Source: Collinsella aerofaciens
GTDB lineage: Bacteria > Actinomycetota > Coriobacteriia > Coriobacteriales > Coriobacteriaceae
DNA: 64,000 bases
Assembly: GCA_030826265.1 (NCBI GenBank)
Contig: JAPJOH010000010.1
Coordinates: 1,886 to 65,885 of the forward strand
Direction: 5' to 3'
A program made the position numbers and the translations under genes. Shown one piece after another: positions 26,165 through 34,671 of this stretch (position 1 is the first letter of the stretch; the number at the start of each line of letters is the position of its first letter). Under the pieces are notes generated by a model that was given only the letters and a program-made list of their open reading frames with translations, was not told where the DNA came from and did no database searches.

Positions 26165-27595
26165 TCAGGTGGTTGTCGGGACATAGGGATAGTATTCAAA
26201 GCGCAGTGTCATAAGCCGCTGTGGGGATTCAATAGCCGCGGCGATGATATTGGCATCGCGGGCACGATCAAACCCTTCGAGTTCGATCTGATACGAGACG
26301 TCTTGCATAATGTCCAGACGTCGCCAGGCCAGGAGTGTGTCGCCATCGAATTCCAAGGTCTTGCCTCCGTCTGGAGCAACGGCGTATAGACGCAGCTTGG
26401 CGGTGGTTGCAGGGTCGACAACTGTGACCTTTTTAATTTCGTTTCGAGTATTCTTGGCGCCCAACAAGGTGAGCAGTGTTGGGGCCACGACCTCGCCCGA
26501 TGGCAAAAAGACGACTTCGATGGATTCAGGAAATGCGATGATAGCCGACTTGCGGACGGGCTGATTGGCGGCGGCAACTTCGATGTTCGCAGCGTCGATG
26601 ACCTCTGTGTGGTCGAGCGCGGCAAGCACGCAGCAGTTACCTTCATCGATCTCTTGAGGATCAGCAAGCCCCAGACTGTCCGCGAGCTCGGGATCGTTTG
26701 GATCGGCAGCGGGCTCATTCGGCGCTTCGAGAGAAGCTGGGACGCTGTTTGTCGGCGACGGCGTGTCGCCCGCACCTGCTTCTTTGTCCGCGCTCTCTTC
26801 TTGTATGGTTGCGTTGATGGGTTCGTCGTTTGGGGGGAGCGTCTTGGCGTCAAACGCGGAGGGGAGAATTCCGATGGCTCCGGATCCGTTCCACTCCATT
26901 TCGAGAAGCGCCGGGTCGGCAAGAATGCGTTGCCTGCTTTGCGCGTGGGCATCGATTTCAATAGGGCCTGCCTCTATCCCTCGTGTAAGGCTGAGTGATC
27001 CGGCTGGCTTCTCGAAATGAGCGTCTGTGTCTTTGGTGCTGACGGCGTAGAACAGCAGGGACGCTTCTCCCGCCGCGATAACATCGGTACCGGCTTTGGT
27101 CAGCCGCAACGATGCCGTGAATGAGAGGGTGGGCTGCGCATCGTCTGCATTCGCGGCGGCGCAGCCCAGACATATACCGCCTCCTTTCTCAAAAAACGTA
27201 CCGTCGAAGGCGACCTTCGCTCCGTTCGCCGAGTCATCGACCGAAGCGATGTCGATGCGCAGCTCTAAATTGCATGGATCGCCATCCGCATCGAGCACAA
27301 CCGAGCGCCACGTGCAGACGGCGCACCCCGCCTGGGAGCCGTTTGCCTTGTTCGAACGCTTGATATCCACGACTATCGAGCCGTCCGTATTACGACGAAG
27401 GCATCCCGAGGTTGAGATCACGGCCTGTGCGATCGAAAAACGCTCGCACGCAATGGCGCTCGACGGATTTGGTGCGGAACTTAGGGCTACTGGTAAGGAG
27501 TCTGCCATGACGGGAGTCGCCCAAGCGGCGACAGGCGTTCCGGTTGCGAGCGCGCCGCAGAGTGCGACGACGGGCAAAAGGTTCTTCGATGCCAT
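26165..27595 (-). CDS. Secreted Cys-containing protein of unknown function (476 aa)
   Basis: Signal peptide MASKNLLPVVALCGALATGTPVAAWATPVMA. AAGGAG RBS. Acidic P/E/D-rich central linker. No recognisable domain. Confidence 0.7.
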   Translation of the reverse strand: MASKNLLPVVALCGALATGTPVAAWATPVMADSLPVALSSAPNPSSAIACERFSIAQAVISTSGCLRRNTDGSIVVDIKRSNKANGSQAGCAVCTWRSVVLDADGDPCNLELRIDIASVDDSANGAKVAFDGTFFEKGGGICLGCAAANADDAQPTLSFTASLRLTKAGTDVIAAGEASLLFYAVSTKDTDAHFEKPAGSLSLTRGIEAGPIEIDAHAQSRQRILADPALLEMEWNGSGAIGILPSAFDAKTLPPNDEPINATIQEESADKEAGAGDTPSPTNSVPASLEAPNEPAADPNDPELADSLGLADPQEIDEGNCCVLAALDHTEVIDAANIEVAAANQPVRKSAIIAFPESIEVVFLPSGEVVAPTLLTLLGAKNTRNEIKKVTVVDPATTAKLRLYAVAPDGGKTLEFDGDTLLAWRRLDIMQDVSYQIELEGFDRARDANIIAAAIESPQRLMTLRFEYYPYVPTTT

Positions 27596-27608
27596 GGGGT
27601 CTCCTTAG

Positions 27609-27926
27609 CTAATTTAGTGCGGCCTGTCCGTGTTTTTGTTTCTGGCTGCGTTTGATGTGCAGACCGAGGCCGGCGGTTCCCGCGCCTGCTGCTGTGGCGC
27701 CTGCTGCCAAGAGCCATCGTCTGTCGCCTGTCTGCGCCAACGGTTCCTCGCGGTCGCCGCGGTCGAGCTCCGAGAGGTCGACCGTCACTTGCGTGGCGGC
27801 CTGCGCCTGTTCTTGCTGGGCAAAGGCCATGGCTGGCCCAAACGCTAGGATGCTGACGGCGGCGGCCAGGGCGACGGCCTTATGCCGTGTGCGCACCGGG
27901 CTCGACCGTCCAGGTGATCGTCGCAA
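27609..27926 (-). CDS. Small secreted protein with LAQTG cell-wall sorting signal
   Basis: Signal peptide (...AFGPAMAFA|QQ) and a ~35-aa mature part. Then LAQTG plus a hydrophobic stretch plus a KRSQKQKH tail. The start is uncertain (TTG 27926 or GTG 27897) and overlaps the upstream gene. Confidence 0.6.
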   Translation of the reverse strand: MRRSPGRSSPVRTRHKAVALAAAVSILAFGPAMAFAQQEQAQAATQVTVDLSELDRGDREEPLAQTGDRRWLLAAGATAAGAGTAGLGLHIKRSQKQKHGQAALN

Positions 27927-28479
27927 CCTGATCGCCTTCGCCGGTTACGCGGAAGATGTCGCGCGTGACGCGGGCGACGTTTCCGCTTGTCTTGAGCTTG
28001 ATTTTGTCCGTGCCGCCGGCAATGCCCTGGTAGCCCATGTCGAAGGCTGCATTCTTGGAAAGATCGAGGCCCGTCCCTTGCGCGGCGGCGCTGGCGTTCT
28101 GGAGCGCGCCGTCGGGGCCGACCTTAAAGTCGATGGAGTTCTGCGCGGTTCCGGCCTTGGCGTCGGCGGCAATGGTCCAGGTGTTCATGGCGTCGATCTT
28201 CATGTTGGTGACATGGATGCCGTAGGCCGAATGATTGTCGATGGTGGTCGCGTCTTCTGAGGGGCCCTGAAGCGTGCCGTCGGCCTTGGCGACGAAGGGA
28301 ATAACCGTCGGAACTTTGAACTCAACGTTGTCGATCTCGGTTCTGACCATTACCTTCGTGGTTCCAACGCGCCCGGCTGCCATAGCTGGCGTCGGGGCGG
28401 CGCCCATTGCGAGCGCGAGCGCGAGCCCTGTGCCCACGACGAGCGCTCTGACTCCGTTCATGTTCCTGGTGATGTCCAT
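27880..28479 (-). CDS. Secreted 199-aa protein, WxL-like
   Basis: Signal peptide ...ALAMGAAPTPAMA|AG. Two W-x-[IV] motifs (NTWTIAAD; the C-terminal ATITWTVEPG resembles the TWxLxxxP end of WxL domains). AAAGGAA RBS. Confidence 0.6.
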   Translation of the reverse strand: MDITRNMNGVRALVVGTGLALALAMGAAPTPAMAAGRVGTTKVMVRTEIDNVEFKVPTVIPFVAKADGTLQGPSEDATTIDNHSAYGIHVTNMKIDAMNTWTIAADAKAGTAQNSIDFKVGPDGALQNASAAAQGTGLDLSKNAAFDMGYQGIAGGTDKIKLKTSGNVARVTRDIFRVTGEGDQVATITWTVEPGAHTA

Positions 28480-28569
28480 GGTCGTTCCTTTCTATTCGCC
28501 GCGGGCCGTCCCCGCGATGATTGGACGAATGCTGGTGAATTGCGTGCGGTGCCGCGTCGGCCGGAAAAG

Positions 28570-29079
28570 CTAGTTCTCGGCTTGCTCAACCCGCACCTTG
28601 ACACGTGTCGGATTGCCGTGGCTGTCGAGGGTCTTGGCATCGAGTGCCTGGATCTCGATGTACGCCTCGCCTTCTTTGATGTCGCCGGCGGGGCACGTTT
28701 CGATTGTCTTGCCGGTCTCGACCACACCGGATTCGTACATGGTCTCGTCGTTTTGGATGACGCGGAATCGCTGGGGAAATTTATTGTCTTGGACGTTTTG
28801 CACGTTGACGCGCAGCTTGCCGTCCTCCTGCAGCTGAGCGACCGGTGCGACCGAAATCGTCATCATGTTGTCGCGGACGATGGCGTCGAGCTCATCTTGG
28901 ATTTCCTGACGCGTTTTGCCCTCGGCCGTCGTAACCGAAGCGCCCGCCTCGGGTACGGGCTGCGACTGCCAAGCGTATAGTCCTACGGCGACAAGGGCAC
29001 AGACGATGGCCAAACAGGCAAGGATGAGCTTCTTGCGACGACCCAGGCCTGCAAAGTGGGGTGGCTTCTTCGCGCTCAT
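28570..29079 (-). CDS. N-terminally membrane-anchored protein (169 aa), unknown function
   Basis: MSAKKPPHFAGLGRRKK plus the TM helix LILACLAIVCALVAVGLYAW, then a soluble beta-rich domain. The start overlaps the stop of the 98-aa gene (ATGA). Confidence 0.6.
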   Translation of the reverse strand: MSAKKPPHFAGLGRRKKLILACLAIVCALVAVGLYAWQSQPVPEAGASVTTAEGKTRQEIQDELDAIVRDNMMTISVAPVAQLQEDGKLRVNVQNVQDNKFPQRFRVIQNDETMYESGVVETGKTIETCPAGDIKEGEAYIEIQALDAKTLDSHGNPTRVKVRVEQAEN

Positions 29080-29372
29080 GCGGCATCCTTGGCGGTATAG
29101 ATGCGCGCAAAGGTGGACGGGTTCGCTCCAAAGAGCATGTGAAGCATCAGGCGGCGTGAGTAGACAAGCTCGTCGAAGTCGGGAGGGAGCTCGATGTCGT
29201 GGATATGCGCGATGCGGTGGGCGAGCGCCGAGAACGACTCGGGGTCGCAGATCACATCGGTGGTAACGTGGTAGACCGTCGTATCGGGGAATGCCTCTTC
29301 GTCGAAAGGCAGGAGATGGGGATCGTCGTCGACTTCGATGGCGATGCCGTACTGGGGCCAGTAATATGCCAT
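29076..29372 (-). CDS. 98-aa hypothetical protein (possible degenerate DUF559-like fragment)
   Basis: GGGAGG RBS 6 nt upstream. YWPQYGIAIEVDDDP...VYHVTTDVICDPESF loosely resembles the core strands of the DUF559 domain seen at 1674-2807. Confidence 0.5.
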   Translation of the reverse strand: MAYYWPQYGIAIEVDDDPHLLPFDEEAFPDTTVYHVTTDVICDPESFSALAHRIAHIHDIELPPDFDELVYSRRLMLHMLFGANPSTFARIYTAKDAA

Positions 29373-29718
29373 GGGAACCTCCCTGCTTCTGGGGCCAAAA
29401 CTTCTGTCGGTTTTGGCTGTCGATGCCGACGGTATCAGCCACTACTTGACCAATTGCTGACCAAATGCTTGACGGATTGGTGTCTCCGCAGGTAAAAGGC
29501 GGCAAAAAATACTCCAACTTTTTTCAAGCGACAATCGCGCGGTCGGCGACGGCGGGGCCATATGTGTCAAAAGCATCGTCTGCCGAGGAAATCAAGCCGC
29601 TCGCCGAATTGCACGAACGTAAAAATCGCCAATTATGGAGACGGTCTCGAACACGTCGACGAAACGATGCGGTAACATCTCCCTGCAAACACTGTAGTTA
29701 GCTAAAGGGGGAGTTCGC

Positions 29719-31320
29719 GTGTCTGCAACCATCAAACCCTTCACCGACGAGTTCGAAGAGTATGGTCGCGATGAGTCTCGCGCATCGGGCGAGGCCTCGA
29801 GCATCTCGTTTCCGACAACGGAAGACGAGGTCCGTGCCATTTTGGAAAAGCTCCATGCCGAGCGTGTCCCGGTAACGGTTCAGGGCGCCCGAACCGGCCT
29901 TGCCGCCGGTGCCGTGCCCCACGGCGGGCATATCCTCAATACTTCCCGTATGAATCGCTACTTGGGCCTTCGCCGCGATGAACAAGGCCAATTTCTGCTG
30001 CGCGTGGAGCCGGGCGTTGTGCTCTCGGAGCTGCGCAAGCAGCTGAGCAAGAAGGTGCTGCCGACTGCTGGTTGGGACCAGGCATCGCTTGAGGCCTACG
30101 AGGAGTTCCAAGAGGCCCCCGAGCAGTTCTTTCCCACCGATCCCACCGAGGCATCTGCCTGTCTGGGCGGCATGGCGGCATGTAACGCCTCTGGTGCCCG
30201 CAGCTACGCCTACGGTCCCATGCGCCCACATATCACGGGACTCCACGTCGCGCTGGCTGATGGCGATTTGCTTGAGCTTCAGCGCGGCGAGGCTTTTGCC
30301 CAGGGCCGCCACCTGTCGCTCGTGACGGCAGTGGGCCGTACGCTCGAGCTCGATCTTCCCGGCTATACCATGCCCAAGACAAAAAATGCCTCAGGCTATT
30401 TCGTTGCGGACGAAATGGACGCCATCGACCTCTTTATCGGTGCTTGCGGCACGCTCGGCGTTATCACCGAGCTCGAGATTGCCCTGCAGGCGGCGCCTGC
30501 GGTCGTTTGGGGTGTGAGCTGCTTTTTCAATAGCGAAGACAAGGCCGTGTCCTTTACCGATTCCATGCGTCCCGTCCTGTCCCATGCGGCTGCCATCGAG
30601 TACTTCGACGCTGGCGCCCTGGATATTCTACGTCGCCAGCGCGAGCAGTCGACGGCGTTTGCCTCGCTGCCGGCGCTCGACAAAGAGGCCAAGGTCTGTG
30701 TCTACGTGGAGCTCGACTGCGATGACGAGGCCCAGGCGACCGAGGAACTATACCACCTGGGATGGGTGCTCGAGTTTGCGGGTGGCCGCGACGATGCGAC
30801 ATGGGTCGCGCGCACCGAGGTTGATCGCGAGTGCCAGCGGTTCTTCCGCCATGCGGTCCCCGAGAGCGTCAACATGCTTATCGACGAGCGTCGCCGCACG
30901 GATCCCACCATCACCAAACTGGGTTCGGACATGTCGGTGCCCAATGCACGCCTTGCCGATGTCGTGGCCCTCTATCGCCGCACACTGGCCGAAAGCGGGC
31001 TTGAATCTGCTGCCTGGGGGCACATCGGTAACAACCATCTGCATGTGAACATCCTGCCGCGCGATGCGCAGGACTACCGTCGCGGTGGCGAGCTGTTTGC
31101 CCAGTGGGCTGCGGAGGTAACGGCTATGGGCGGTGCCGTTTCTGCCGAGCACGGCGTCGGCAAGATCAAGGCGGGCTTCTTAGAGACGATGTACGGTCAC
31201 GAGGCCATGGTCGAGTCGGCGCGGCTCAAGCTCCAGCTCGATCCCGACGGGCAGCTGGGTCGCGGCAACCTGTTTTCGGAGAAGCTCTTGGATGAGCTCG
31301 TCCAGAAAGGGGGCGCGTGA
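29719..31320 (+). CDS. FAD-binding oxidoreductase, GlcD/LctD-like (putative D-lactate/2-hydroxyacid dehydrogenase)
   Basis: FAD_binding_4-like VPVTVQGARTGLAAGAVP and C-terminal GGAVSAEHGVGKIK. GTG start with an AAAGGGGGAG RBS. Confidence 0.8.
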   Translation: MSATIKPFTDEFEEYGRDESRASGEASSISFPTTEDEVRAILEKLHAERVPVTVQGARTGLAAGAVPHGGHILNTSRMNRYLGLRRDEQGQFLLRVEPGVVLSELRKQLSKKVLPTAGWDQASLEAYEEFQEAPEQFFPTDPTEASACLGGMAACNASGARSYAYGPMRPHITGLHVALADGDLLELQRGEAFAQGRHLSLVTAVGRTLELDLPGYTMPKTKNASGYFVADEMDAIDLFIGACGTLGVITELEIALQAAPAVVWGVSCFFNSEDKAVSFTDSMRPVLSHAAAIEYFDAGALDILRRQREQSTAFASLPALDKEAKVCVYVELDCDDEAQATEELYHLGWVLEFAGGRDDATWVARTEVDRECQRFFRHAVPESVNMLIDERRRTDPTITKLGSDMSVPNARLADVVALYRRTLAESGLESAAWGHIGNNHLHVNILPRDAQDYRRGGELFAQWAAEVTAMGGAVSAEHGVGKIKAGFLETMYGHEAMVESARLKLQLDPDGQLGRGNLFSEKLLDELVQKGGA

Positions 31321-31322
31321 AG

Positions 31323-32138
31323 ATGAGCGATTTCCATATGGTGGTGTGCGTCAAGGCCGTGCCGGGCAGCACCGAGGTCAAGATGGACCCCAAGACCAAT
31401 ACCATCGTGCGCGATGGCAAGCAGGCGGTCATTAATCCCTTTGATGCGAGCGCTTTGGAATGCGCGCTGGCGCTGAAGGACGACTTTATCGGCTTTGGCA
31501 TGGATGTGCGCGTGACGGTGGTGTCGATGGGCATCCCCGCGACCGAGTCGCTGCTGCGCGACTGCATCGCCCGAGGCGCCGACGACGCGCTGCTGCTGAC
31601 CGATCGCGCCTTTGCAGGTGCCGATACCCTGGCGACCACCTATGCTCTCAAATGCGGCATCGAGGCGCTCGACGAGGACTTCGACCTGCTCATCTGCGGC
31701 AAGATGGCGGTGGATGGCGATACGGCCCAGATTGGTCCCGAGCTTGCCGGTGCCTTTGAGATTCCCTGCGTGACCGACGTGAGTTGCGTGCAGAGCGCGG
31801 GCTTTACGACCTGTGGCTCGCTGGCGCTCATTCACGGATGCGATGCCGGCGAGGAGACGGTGTATCTTGAGATGCCGTGCGCGATGACGACTGCCAAGGA
31901 GATTGGCCAGTTGCGTATGCCGAGTATTGCCGGTATTCGCGCGGCGGAGGAGGCGGACGTGCGCGTGGTCAGTGCCGCCGACGTGAACGCCGACCCCGCG
32001 CGTTGCGGTCTTGCCGGGTCGCCGACACAGGTCGTGCGCTCGTTTGTGCCCGACCGTGACCAAACGTGCGAGGCCGTTGAGGGAACGGCGTCCGAGCAGG
32101 CGGTAAAACTTGCCAAGATTATCGAGGGGATGGCATAG
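31323..32138 (+). CDS. etfB: Electron transfer flavoprotein beta subunit
   Basis: VVCVKAVPGSTEVKMDPKTNTIVRDG...INPFDASALECAL. Abuts the oxidase stop. Confidence 0.9.
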   Translation: MSDFHMVVCVKAVPGSTEVKMDPKTNTIVRDGKQAVINPFDASALECALALKDDFIGFGMDVRVTVVSMGIPATESLLRDCIARGADDALLLTDRAFAGADTLATTYALKCGIEALDEDFDLLICGKMAVDGDTAQIGPELAGAFEIPCVTDVSCVQSAGFTTCGSLALIHGCDAGEETVYLEMPCAMTTAKEIGQLRMPSIAGIRAAEEADVRVVSAADVNADPARCGLAGSPTQVVRSFVPDRDQTCEAVEGTASEQAVKLAKIIEGMA

Positions 32139-33344
32139 ATGAGCGGACTGATTATCGATAGCGAAGCCTGTATCGGCTGCGGTCGCTGCGTTCGTGCCTG
32201 TGCCTCGGGCGGCATCGTAGTGGAAGGCGAGCGACCCAACCGATGCGCCCATGTAACCGACGGCTGCATCCTATGCGGTGGGTGTGTCGACGCCTGCCCT
32301 GTCAACGCTATCTCGATCGAGCGTGACGAGGCTGCTGGTGCGGTGGACCTTGATGCATATCGAGACATTTGGGTATTCGCGCAGACCGACGAGCACGATA
32401 CGGTGAATCCCGTTGCCTATGAGCTCATGGGCAAGGGCCGCGAGCTTGCCGATGCTCGTGGCTGCCGTCTGGTGGCGCTGGTCGGTATGGGCCCCGAGGG
32501 TTCTCTCGGTGACCTGGAGCATCTGGTTTGCGCGGGCGCCGACGAAGTCCTGGCCTGTCGCGACGAGCGCCTGCGCCAAAACGATGCGGAGGTCTACGCC
32601 CACTTGATCTGCGATTTGGTAGCCGAACGCAAACCCGAGGCCATCCTATACGGCGCGACCGCTTTTGGCCGCGAACTGGCACCCGGCGTTGCCGTGCGTT
32701 TGCAGACGGGCCTTACGGCTGACTGCACCGTACTTTCGATGGATGCAGAGACGGGACTGCTGCAACAGACGCGTCCGGCGTTTGGCGGCAACTTGATGGC
32801 CACCATTATCTGCCCCAATCATCGTCCCCAGATGGCAACGGTGCGTCCCGGCATCTTTGGAGCGCCCGAGTTTGATTACGGCCGCTCTGGCACGATTACC
32901 CAGGTATCGCTGGCGGATGATGTTAAGGCCCGCGTCAAGATCTCGATTCCAGCCGAGGAGTGGGGGCAGCAGGCATCAATTGCCGATGCCGAGCGCCTGG
33001 TCGTGGTGGGCCGCGGCATTGGCTCCAAGAAGAATCTGCCTCTGATGCGAAAGCTCGCCGATGCGCTGGGTGCCGAGCTTGGTTGCACGCGTCCCGTCGT
33101 GGAGGCGGGTTGGCTGGAGTACCGCCACCAGATTGGCCAGACCGGCGTGTCGGTTTCGCCTAAGCTCCTCGTGAGCATCGGCGTTTCGGGTGCTATCCAG
33201 CACCTAGCCGGCATCGGCGGCGCGGAGTGCATCATCGCCGTCAACGAGGACCCGGATGCTCCCATCTTTGGCGCTGCGCAGTACAAAGTTGTCGGCGACG
33301 CCGTCGAAGTCGTCGAGGAGCTCCTGGCCCAGCTCGAGCGCTAG
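32139..33344 (+). CDS. etfA: Electron transfer flavoprotein alpha subunit with N-terminal 2x[4Fe-4S] ferredoxin domain
   Basis: CIGCGRCVRAC and CILCGGCVDACP cluster motifs, then an EtfA core (VVVGRGIGSK..., GVSGAIQHLAG). Confidence 0.9.
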   Translation: MSGLIIDSEACIGCGRCVRACASGGIVVEGERPNRCAHVTDGCILCGGCVDACPVNAISIERDEAAGAVDLDAYRDIWVFAQTDEHDTVNPVAYELMGKGRELADARGCRLVALVGMGPEGSLGDLEHLVCAGADEVLACRDERLRQNDAEVYAHLICDLVAERKPEAILYGATAFGRELAPGVAVRLQTGLTADCTVLSMDAETGLLQQTRPAFGGNLMATIICPNHRPQMATVRPGIFGAPEFDYGRSGTITQVSLADDVKARVKISIPAEEWGQQASIADAERLVVVGRGIGSKKNLPLMRKLADALGAELGCTRPVVEAGWLEYRHQIGQTGVSVSPKLLVSIGVSGAIQHLAGIGGAECIIAVNEDPDAPIFGAAQYKVVGDAVEVVEELLAQLER

Positions 33345-34153
33345 GCGCGCGCCAGCCAGTCGCGCATCTCGTCCTTTAAGCGCTCCCAGGTCGCTTGCGT
33401 GGCGGGATCGGTAAAGGGCCGCACGATACCAAAGGGCGCGTCGAGCAGGCGGTAGATATCGCCCTGCTTGCGCGCCAGCGCGCGGCTTGCGGGATAGACG
33501 AGCTCAAACATAAAGCAGATGAGCCCCACCAAGTAGTCGGCCGGCTCATCGCGTTCGTCGCGTGCGACGCAGCGGTGTTCGTCAAAGGCGGCAAGCGTCG
33601 GTACCGAGAAGTGGCTGGTAAGAAATGTATCCTCATCAACCTTGAGGATGGTGTCGACGGTGCTGTCGGCGATGGTGCGCATAATGTCGATCTTGTCGCC
33701 ATCGCGCACGATATCGCAGAAGTTCCGCGTGCGGGTGTCGAGTTCCGTGGGTAGGCGAAAATCGCTGTGGTGGGCGATGCTTGCACGGATGAGCTCGTCT
33801 TCTGCCGGATCGTCGATAAAGTCGCGGATACTTGTTGTCGCGGGCGCGTCTGCAGGGTTTTTGCCAAAGAGAACCTCGACGCCCAACTCCGCATGGCTCA
33901 TACTCTCGGCATCCTTAAACGTGTCCCAGCGTCGCAACTGTTCAAAGCGACCCATATCGTGTAGCAGGCCGCAAAGCCACGCTAGGTCAATGTCCTGCGG
34001 TGACCAGTCCTGTTCGCGCGCCACGGCATCGCATACCTCGGCAACGTGGTACGTATGCTCGATTTTGAGCGCGATGCGTGGGTTGGTGGCGTCGTAGGCA
34101 TCGGTGTAGCTTTTGAAGGCCGCGCGCGCCCGGTCTCGATCGATAGCTGTCAT
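33341..34153 (-). CDS. HD-domain phosphohydrolase
   Basis: HTYHV...LLHDMGRF motif. Its stop codon overlaps the etfA stop (CTAG). Confidence 0.75.
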   Translation of the reverse strand: MTAIDRDRARAAFKSYTDAYDATNPRIALKIEHTYHVAEVCDAVAREQDWSPQDIDLAWLCGLLHDMGRFEQLRRWDTFKDAESMSHAELGVEVLFGKNPADAPATTSIRDFIDDPAEDELIRASIAHHSDFRLPTELDTRTRNFCDIVRDGDKIDIMRTIADSTVDTILKVDEDTFLTSHFSVPTLAAFDEHRCVARDERDEPADYLVGLICFMFELVYPASRALARKQGDIYRLLDAPFGIVRPFTDPATQATWERLKDEMRDWLARA

Positions 34154-34278
34154 AATGACTTCCTAAAAGTTGTGTCTTTCGATCCGGTGGCAATTGTAGG
34201 TGAACTCGGTTGCTGCCGGATGATGATTCTGCCGTATCGCTACATGCGGCTTGGAGACCTTGTCAGGATGAGAAGCGT

Positions 34279-34632
34279 ATGGTGCTCAAAATCGTTAGAA
34301 CCGTCTGGTTAGTGATTCTTACCTATGTTGCAATAGGCGCGCCGTGCGGAATGATCATGGGGCAGACGGGAATGGAGCCCTGGATGGTCTTTGCCCTGAG
34401 CAGCACGTTTGTGACGGGCAGCGGCCAGTTTATGATCTGCAATCTTTGGCTGGCGGGCGTACCTGCAGCATCGATCGTCGCAAGCGTCGCTGCTATCTCC
34501 TCCCGTTTCGCGCTCTATATAGGGGTGGCGTCGCGGCGCCGAATCTCGTTCCATCCCAACTTGTCGAATTATTCACCGAGCTGGTCTATTTCTTTTGGTA
34601 CCATGGTCAAACTTTACTGTAGCAAAGCATGA
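34279..34632 (+). pseudogene. Truncated azlC-like (branched-chain amino acid exporter) 5' fragment
   Basis: GMEPWMVFALSSTFVTGSGQFMICNLWLAG...SSRFALY matches the N-terminal ~90 aa of the AzlC family. The sequence then becomes unrelated and AT-richer and stops; full-length proteins are about twice as long. Confidence 0.4.
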
Positions 34633-34671
34633 CGTGGGCTTTTGTACCCCGTCAGCGGAAATGGGGGTTTC

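Noticed and set aside
28570-29517. Long 315-aa version of the membrane-anchored protein ORF
   Set aside because: The first 146 residues are R/P-rich and overlap the well-supported 98-aa gene in another frame. The internal ATG 29079 gives a classic basic-TM N-terminus and an ATGA coupling.
29465-29701. 78-aa ORF in the divergent intergenic region before the FAD oxidase
   Set aside because: No RBS, basic low-complexity product, and it ends within the oxidase RBS region. More likely promoter or 5'-UTR DNA.
33341-33344. Overlapping stop codons (CTAG) of convergent etfA and the HD-domain gene
   Set aside because: Real, but it is simply compact gene packing; no terminator or regulatory structure could be identified.
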